Below are positions 59,715 to 64,000 of a DNA stretch of 64,000 bases, one piece after another. The stretch lies in the NCBI GenBank assembly GCA_050008515.1, contig JBEKMM010000014.1:17566-81565 (forward strand). Reading direction: 5' to 3'. The DNA comes from Candidatus Limnocylindrales bacterium. GTDB taxonomy: Bacteria > Chloroflexota > Limnocylindria > Limnocylindrales > CSP1-4. Below the pieces are notes generated by a model. That model saw only the letters and a program-made list of their open reading frames with translations. It had not been told where the DNA came from and made no database searches. The position numbers were made by a program, and so were the translations under genes. The first letter of the stretch is position 1; every line of letters begins with the position of its first letter.

Positions 59715-61049
59715 GTGGACGCCTCTCGCACTGACACGACTGCAGAACGAACGGAGAGCGCGAGTTGGCTCGCGGCCCTGGTCGCCTACTGGTTCGGGCT
59801 CAACTTCCTGTGGGGCGGCTTCACCACGGTGATCCTGCCGCGCATGATCGAGCTCGCCGTTAGCCCTGCGGTCAAGGGCACGGCCCTGGCCCTCGTGACC
59901 GGCCTGCAGGCCGTGGTCGCCGTCGTGGTTCAACCCATCTCCGGTGCCGCCAGCGACCGCATCATGTCGCCCTGGGGCAGGCGCCGCCCGCTGATGGTCG
60001 CCGGCGTGGCGGTCCAGGTCGCGTTGCTCGGAGTGCTGATGTTCGCCCACAGCTACCTGGCCATCCTGGTCGTGGTGCTGCTCATCGAGACGGCCTCGAA
60101 CACGGCACAGGGACCCTATCAGGGGCTGCTGCCGGACCTCGTCCCAGCCGGCAAGCGCGGGCTCACCTCCGGCCTCATGGGCGCGTCGCAGCTGGGCGGT
60201 TCGGTGATCGGCGTGGCGCTGGCGGGGCTGGCCGTGGCAGCCGGCGACCTGCCGCTGGCAGTCGCGATCGTTGCGATCGCCATCGCGCTCGGGATGGCCT
60301 CGACGGTATTCGGCGTCACCGAGACGAGGGGCGTCGCTGAAACACGCGAATCCCCTCGCCCCAGCCTGAGCGAGATGATGGGCTGGCTGGGCCGCCTGCC
60401 CGACTGGGCTCGAGCTATGCGGGCGATCGTCCTGGAAGTCTGGGGCCGGGATGTCCTGGAGCAGCGCGACTACCTGTGGCTGCTGGTATCGCGGCTGGCG
60501 ATCCTGATGGCGACCGGCACGCTGCAGCCCTTCGTCCTGTACCTGCTCGAGGATTCGCTGGGCATGGGCCCGACGCAGGCGGCCATTGCCGTCGCGCCGC
60601 TGGCCGGCCTGGTCGCCTTCGTGGCGCTGGCGTCTGCCGTTCCCGGAGGAGTGATGACCGCCCGCTGGGGGCGGGTCAACACGATCGCCATGAGCGCCGT
60701 CTTCGGGGGCATCGGCTCGGTCCTATTCGCCGTCGCGCCGAACTACGCCTCCCTGTTCATCATCGCCATCCCGTTCGGGCTGGCCCTCGGCATCTTCCTC
60801 TCGGCCGACTGGGCACTGCTGGCCGACATAGTCCCACCCGAGCACGCGGGCCGGTACATGGGCCTGTCCAACGTCGTCACCGCCGGTTCACTGCTTCTGG
60901 CTGTGGCGCTGGGCGGGCCGCTGGCCGACATCGTCAACCACTGGCAATTCGGGCTCGGCTACCGGGCCATCTTCCTGCTCGCGGCGGTCGAGTTCGTCAT
61001 CGGGGCCGCCTGCATCCGCCGCGTGCACGAGCCCGGCCTGGAAGCCTGA
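59715..61049 (+). CDS. MFS transporter
   Basis: 444 aa with 12 TM segments. MFS-type pattern between TM2 and TM3. Confidence 0.85.
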   Translation: MDASRTDTTAERTESASWLAALVAYWFGLNFLWGGFTTVILPRMIELAVSPAVKGTALALVTGLQAVVAVVVQPISGAASDRIMSPWGRRRPLMVAGVAVQVALLGVLMFAHSYLAILVVVLLIETASNTAQGPYQGLLPDLVPAGKRGLTSGLMGASQLGGSVIGVALAGLAVAAGDLPLAVAIVAIAIALGMASTVFGVTETRGVAETRESPRPSLSEMMGWLGRLPDWARAMRAIVLEVWGRDVLEQRDYLWLLVSRLAILMATGTLQPFVLYLLEDSLGMGPTQAAIAVAPLAGLVAFVALASAVPGGVMTARWGRVNTIAMSAVFGGIGSVLFAVAPNYASLFIIAIPFGLALGIFLSADWALLADIVPPEHAGRYMGLSNVVTAGSLLLAVALGGPLADIVNHWQFGLGYRAIFLLAAVEFVIGAACIRRVHEPGLEA

Positions 61050-61726
61050 TGAGCGGCCGCGGTGGGCCTGAGGTTGTGCGGAGTGACGGGCCGGCCGGCT
61101 CACCAGGCCGCCACCGGCAGGCCGGGAGTTCGGTCGCCCCGCGATGGCTCGATCCGATCCTCTCGCTCGCCGAGGCTGTCGACAGGCGCCGGCGCCGCAT
61201 CCGGCCGATCCGTCGCGAGGGCCTGCTGGGCCTGGAGGTCGGGCGGCACAGGGGACAGCTCATCCGTCTGTCCGACGGCTCGACCGTCCCGTCTGGCGCT
61301 CGGGTCGGCCACCTGCACCTGCGCAACGACCGGGTCGGGGCCCTGGCCATGAATGGATGGCAGCTAAGGGGCTACCGCGAGGCCCGCGCCGACCTCGCCG
61401 CCCTCGCGTGCTGGTGGAAGCGCCAGCCCGTCGTCGAGCGTCCCGTGGCGTTCGCCGGGACGACTATCCTGGGCCCCCTGATTCGACGCGATGGCTGGGA
61501 GGTCAGATCCCGGCGCCGCACCTGGCGGGCACGACTCGACGAGTGGTGGATGAGCTGGCTGATGATTCATTTCGGCCTGGCCGGCCGCGAACGGCTAACC
61601 CGGCGCCACCATCGACTGGACCTTGCCGAGGTCTGGCTCAGCGCCGCGGAGTTGGTGGCCCGGTACGGCCAGGGGCCGTTCTCGGATTCTCACGACCCTT
61701 CGTATCCCGTTGCCGAGTCGGAGTAG
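61049..61726 (+). CDS. Hypothetical protein (225 aa) whose start overlaps the MFS stop (TGATGA)
   Basis: In-frame part of ORF 60476..61726 beginning MSGRGGPEVV. Conserved-looking core LHLRNDRV...LACWWKRQPV. Confidence 0.45.
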   Translation: MSGRGGPEVVRSDGPAGSPGRHRQAGSSVAPRWLDPILSLAEAVDRRRRRIRPIRREGLLGLEVGRHRGQLIRLSDGSTVPSGARVGHLHLRNDRVGALAMNGWQLRGYREARADLAALACWWKRQPVVERPVAFAGTTILGPLIRRDGWEVRSRRRTWRARLDEWWMSWLMIHFGLAGRERLTRRHHRLDLAEVWLSAAELVARYGQGPFSDSHDPSYPVAESE

Positions 61727-61882
61727 CTGCCGCCGCAGCGTGGCCGCGCAGAAGGCTGAGCAATCTCGGAGCAGGGCTCCTGCGGGAAGCCGCAAGATTG
61801 CCGGCTTTCGAAGGTCTCGCACCTCCAGGGCGGCCGACCGGCCAGATCCTCGCCTTGACGTCCGATGAACCGCGACTGGTGG

Positions 61883-62404
61883 TCAGCTGCGGCGACGACG
61901 GGCCCTCATCTCCTCATCCAGCACCCAGGTGCGGCCTCCGTCGCGAGACAACTCGCCGATCCAGCGAAAGGTCCCAGCAGTAATGTCCCGGAAGCTCCAG
62001 CGCTGGCGCGGGTCGTCCAGGCCTTCGAGAACAATCCCGCCGTCGCCCGGCCGGCCGATGAACCGGCGCACGCAACCGTTGAGCGGGTCGAGCCACGTGG
62101 ACCGCCAGGCGTCGATCTCGGGGTCGTAGAAGCGGATGGTTGTGCCGTGGAAGCCACGCATGCCGGGTGCATCAGCCGGGTCGACGGGAACCCGCCAGAC
62201 GTCCTGGACGGCACGGCCGCCGAGCACCCAGCCGAAGTGAAGCTCGCCGCGAACCACGATGTCGTGCCCGTCGTGGTTCTTGCCGTACCACTGGAGATCC
62301 CACGCGCCGACGAACTGCCCGAACAAGTCCAGCTTCTCCGACAGCGGCCCGGATGGTCCCGCAGCGTGCAGAGCGCCGACGAGTGGGTCGATGTGCGCGG
62401 TCAT
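61883..62404 (-). CDS. Hypothetical protein (173 aa), beta-rich
   Basis: Clean ORF. No diagnostic motif. Confidence 0.5.
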   Translation of the reverse strand: MTAHIDPLVGALHAAGPSGPLSEKLDLFGQFVGAWDLQWYGKNHDGHDIVVRGELHFGWVLGGRAVQDVWRVPVDPADAPGMRGFHGTTIRFYDPEIDAWRSTWLDPLNGCVRRFIGRPGDGGIVLEGLDDPRQRWSFRDITAGTFRWIGELSRDGGRTWVLDEEMRARRRRS

Positions 62405-62505
62405 GAGGTCCTCCCCAAGGGTTGGAGTGGCATGGCTAGATCCTGCAGAAGGTGCGGAAGCGTGACCCTTGAACGCCGCGATGAATGGGTCGCGCCGAGA
62501 TCATG

Positions 62506-62580
62506 TGTCCCATCGGGCTGGAGGGCGCACCCACCAACGGATTCGTGCGGGCTGGCCTTCTACGGCTAAGCGACGGTTGC
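62506..62580 (+). repeat. Copy B of the intergenic motif (hairpin variant CCCATCGGG plus identical core)
   Basis: See copy A. The hairpin differs but stays self-complementary. Confidence 0.55.
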
Positions 62581-62652
62581 TCAGATCAGCCATCGCGCCG
62601 GGCATGCCTTCCGGACCCAGCAGGCTTGCGGATCCACGGCATCGGACCTGTG

Positions 62653-63459
62653 TTATGCGGGAACGCGGATCTCCATCTCCTCCGTGACCGTGATCTCCTC
62701 CATGACCGTAGCCGTAGGTTGGGCCGAGCCGGAGGGTTGGGCGGCAGACACGAGGGCGACCTGCGTCACCGGCGCTCGCTGTAGCTCGGGGTCCTTTCGG
62801 ACGCGGAACCAGTACCGCTCCATCTCCACGGCTTCGCGCCTGAAGGCATGACCGAAGGCGAACGTCGCTAGCGCAACTAGTCCAAACACAACAAGCAGCA
62901 CAACTTGAATCGGCCCCAGGTACCGGTAGAGCGCAAGATCGGCCACGATGCCCAGGACGATCGCCGCGCAAGACGCGAGTGCGTCGCTGAACCTCGTGTA
63001 CCGCCGCCGGATCCATTCCCGCAGTTCAGTCGGAGCTTCGGAGTAGAGCAGGAAGGCGGTGGCGACGACGGCTTGATCACCCTCCGGCCAGTCATGCGCG
63101 GCGGCGAGTCCCTCAGCGCAGATCCAATGCTGGCCCAACCCCCGAGCAATCTCCGCTCGGAACTTGGCCGGAGACCGTTGCTGGAGTTGCCGTTTCAGAC
63201 TGCCCAATCCCGGCCATTCGGGTATGAAGCTCACGAGGTGCAACCACCCGCCAGTCGGGCTGATGGGCCACAGGAAGTTCCACACGGCGGAGCCCGCCAG
63301 GCTCAGGAGCGCCCCAACTCCGGCCGCACCACCTACCCCAAAGACGAGGAGCACCGGGCTCTCGCTGCCCTTGCCTACCACGTCCACGCCGGCACCGTAG
63401 GCCGGTAGCAAGAGCGTTAGCAGAAAGAGAGCTCCAAGGTTCACGACAGGCATGGTCAT
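62653..63459 (-). CDS. Hypothetical membrane protein (268 aa, ~6 TM)
   Basis: ORF track. Hydrophobic segments throughout. Confidence 0.5.
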   Translation of the reverse strand: MTMPVVNLGALFLLTLLLPAYGAGVDVVGKGSESPVLLVFGVGGAAGVGALLSLAGSAVWNFLWPISPTGGWLHLVSFIPEWPGLGSLKRQLQQRSPAKFRAEIARGLGQHWICAEGLAAAHDWPEGDQAVVATAFLLYSEAPTELREWIRRRYTRFSDALASCAAIVLGIVADLALYRYLGPIQVVLLVVFGLVALATFAFGHAFRREAVEMERYWFRVRKDPELQRAPVTQVALVSAAQPSGSAQPTATVMEEITVTEEMEIRVPA

Positions 63460-63837
63460 CTCCTCCCCTGACCAAATCCCGTGCGACGGCAGGCCGTCGC
63501 CTTACCCCATGGCGATCGGCGTTACACGACGGGAATCGATCGCCCTGAGAGCATGGCCGGACATGTTCTAGACCGGATCATGCTCGAGATCAAGCCCTAT
63601 TTGTCCAGCTGCGTCTCCGACCCCAGGGTTCGTCGGGCGCGCCCCGTACTGGAGCAAGCGCCAGAGGGACCCTGGCGGGCCCTCGAAGGCCGATCGCCGG
63701 TGATGGCACGCTCTTTCCGGACAATCGACCGAACCGACAACCTGGAGGAGGGGCAGAGGCTACCGGGCTCCTGCGGGCAAATAGGGCGTGTGGTGCCGAA
63801 GTGGGCGGCGTTCATCTCGCCGGACGACAATCGCACG

Positions 63838-63910
63838 CCTGGTGCCCCCAAGGGGGCTTGAGGGCGCACCCACCAACGTGTAGCGCCGCACTCATGTACT
63901 ACGCCGAGGC
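63838..63910 (+). repeat. Copy C of the intergenic motif (hairpin GGTGCCCCCAAGGGGG plus identical core)
   Basis: See copy A. Confidence 0.55.
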
Positions 63911-64000
63911 GGGCGAGCCCGGAGCCTGAGAACCGCCCTCGTTGGCTCGTTGGCTAGCATGCGCCAATGTCACCAGAGGCGCCGTGATAGGGACGGGATC

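Noticed and set aside
59468-59734. 88-aa ORF between repeat copy A and the MFS gene
   Set aside because: No RBS or domain signal. Gly/Arg-rich. Probably non-coding leader of the MFS gene.
62485-62784. 99-aa ORF covering repeat copy B
   Set aside because: The reading frame simply translates the repeat. Copy C terminates immediately in the same frame, so conservation is at the nucleotide level, not the peptide level.
63481-63861. 126-aa plus-strand ORF ending inside repeat copy C
   Set aside because: Possible but unsupported. No RBS or motif, and its stop is supplied by the repeat.

Overview
This is a very GC-rich (roughly 70%) bacterial chromosomal segment. Codon style, strong GGAGG-type ribosome-binding sites (RBS), an F420/DUF385 nitroreductase, DUF4242 and a split KdpD suggest an actinobacterial or Chloroflexi/Dormibacteria-like genome. 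I resolve about 60 protein-coding genes. I found no IS elements, integrases, CRISPR arrays, rRNA or intact tRNA. Near the end of the window, three copies of one conserved motif (each a GC hairpin plus a 19-nt identical core) are scattered across 4.5 kb of intergenic DNA.

Content from left to right:
- A 3'-truncated O-methyltransferase and a proline iminopeptidase.
- A tRNA 3'-end-like fragment in a 300-bp gene-free gap.
- Several TetR regulators with palindromic operators, a cupin, a stand-alone UBP-type zinc-finger protein and a DUF4242 protein.
- A roughly 1000-aa LAL-type ATPase/LuxR regulator directly upstream of a 1612-aa RHS/YD-repeat protein. The RHS C-terminal cargo is a vWD domain plus two recently duplicated PPC-like domains rather than a recognisable toxin.
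- A DUF385 F420-dependent enzyme, and a SnoaL-like cyclase paired with a TetR.
- A minus-strand block: SAM methyltransferase, ABC-2 exporter, and a small Ala/Lys-rich tail protein. Opposite it are a cytoplasmic papain-like (C1) cysteine peptidase and a PAS-GAF-GGDEF protein.
- A DMT/EamA transporter and a xylose locus (xylB divergent from a ROK regulator and xylA).
- A DUF422 'carotenoid-biosynthesis' membrane domain fused to an alpha/alpha-toroid cyclase/prenyltransferase-like domain, divergent from a zinc-ribbon/TM/Pro-Thr-linker protein.
- An APC permease translationally coupled to a nitrilase-superfamily hydrolase, and a bacteriohemerythrin.
- A tightly overlapping minus-strand operon: class-I GATase (C26), acyl-CoA synthetase, CE7 acetyl-esterase, and two paralogous GT-C/GT39-like membrane glycosyltransferases.
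- A C-terminal remnant of a methyl-accepting chemotaxis protein, a VIT1 transporter, a GT87/DUF2029 protein and an RCC1-FN3 surface protein.
- A kdp locus with unusual organisation. KdpD is split: the C-terminal histidine kinase plus kdpE sits on the plus strand, and the N-terminal sensor/Usp domain sits at the end of kdpFABC on the minus strand. An ECF sigma/anti-sigma pair lies between them. A 30-aa hydrophobic peptide gene, a receiver-only response regulator and a small protein lie upstream of kdpF.
- An amidohydrolase, an MFS transporter and several hypotheticals.

Because of the GC content, very long antisense and alternative-frame ORFs are abundant and were rejected as artefacts. The candidates for a previously undescribed system are the RHS/vWD/PPC locus, the GATase/acyl-CoA-ligase/CE7/2xGT-C operon, the DUF422-toroid fusion with its zinc-ribbon neighbour, and the three-copy RNA-like repeat.
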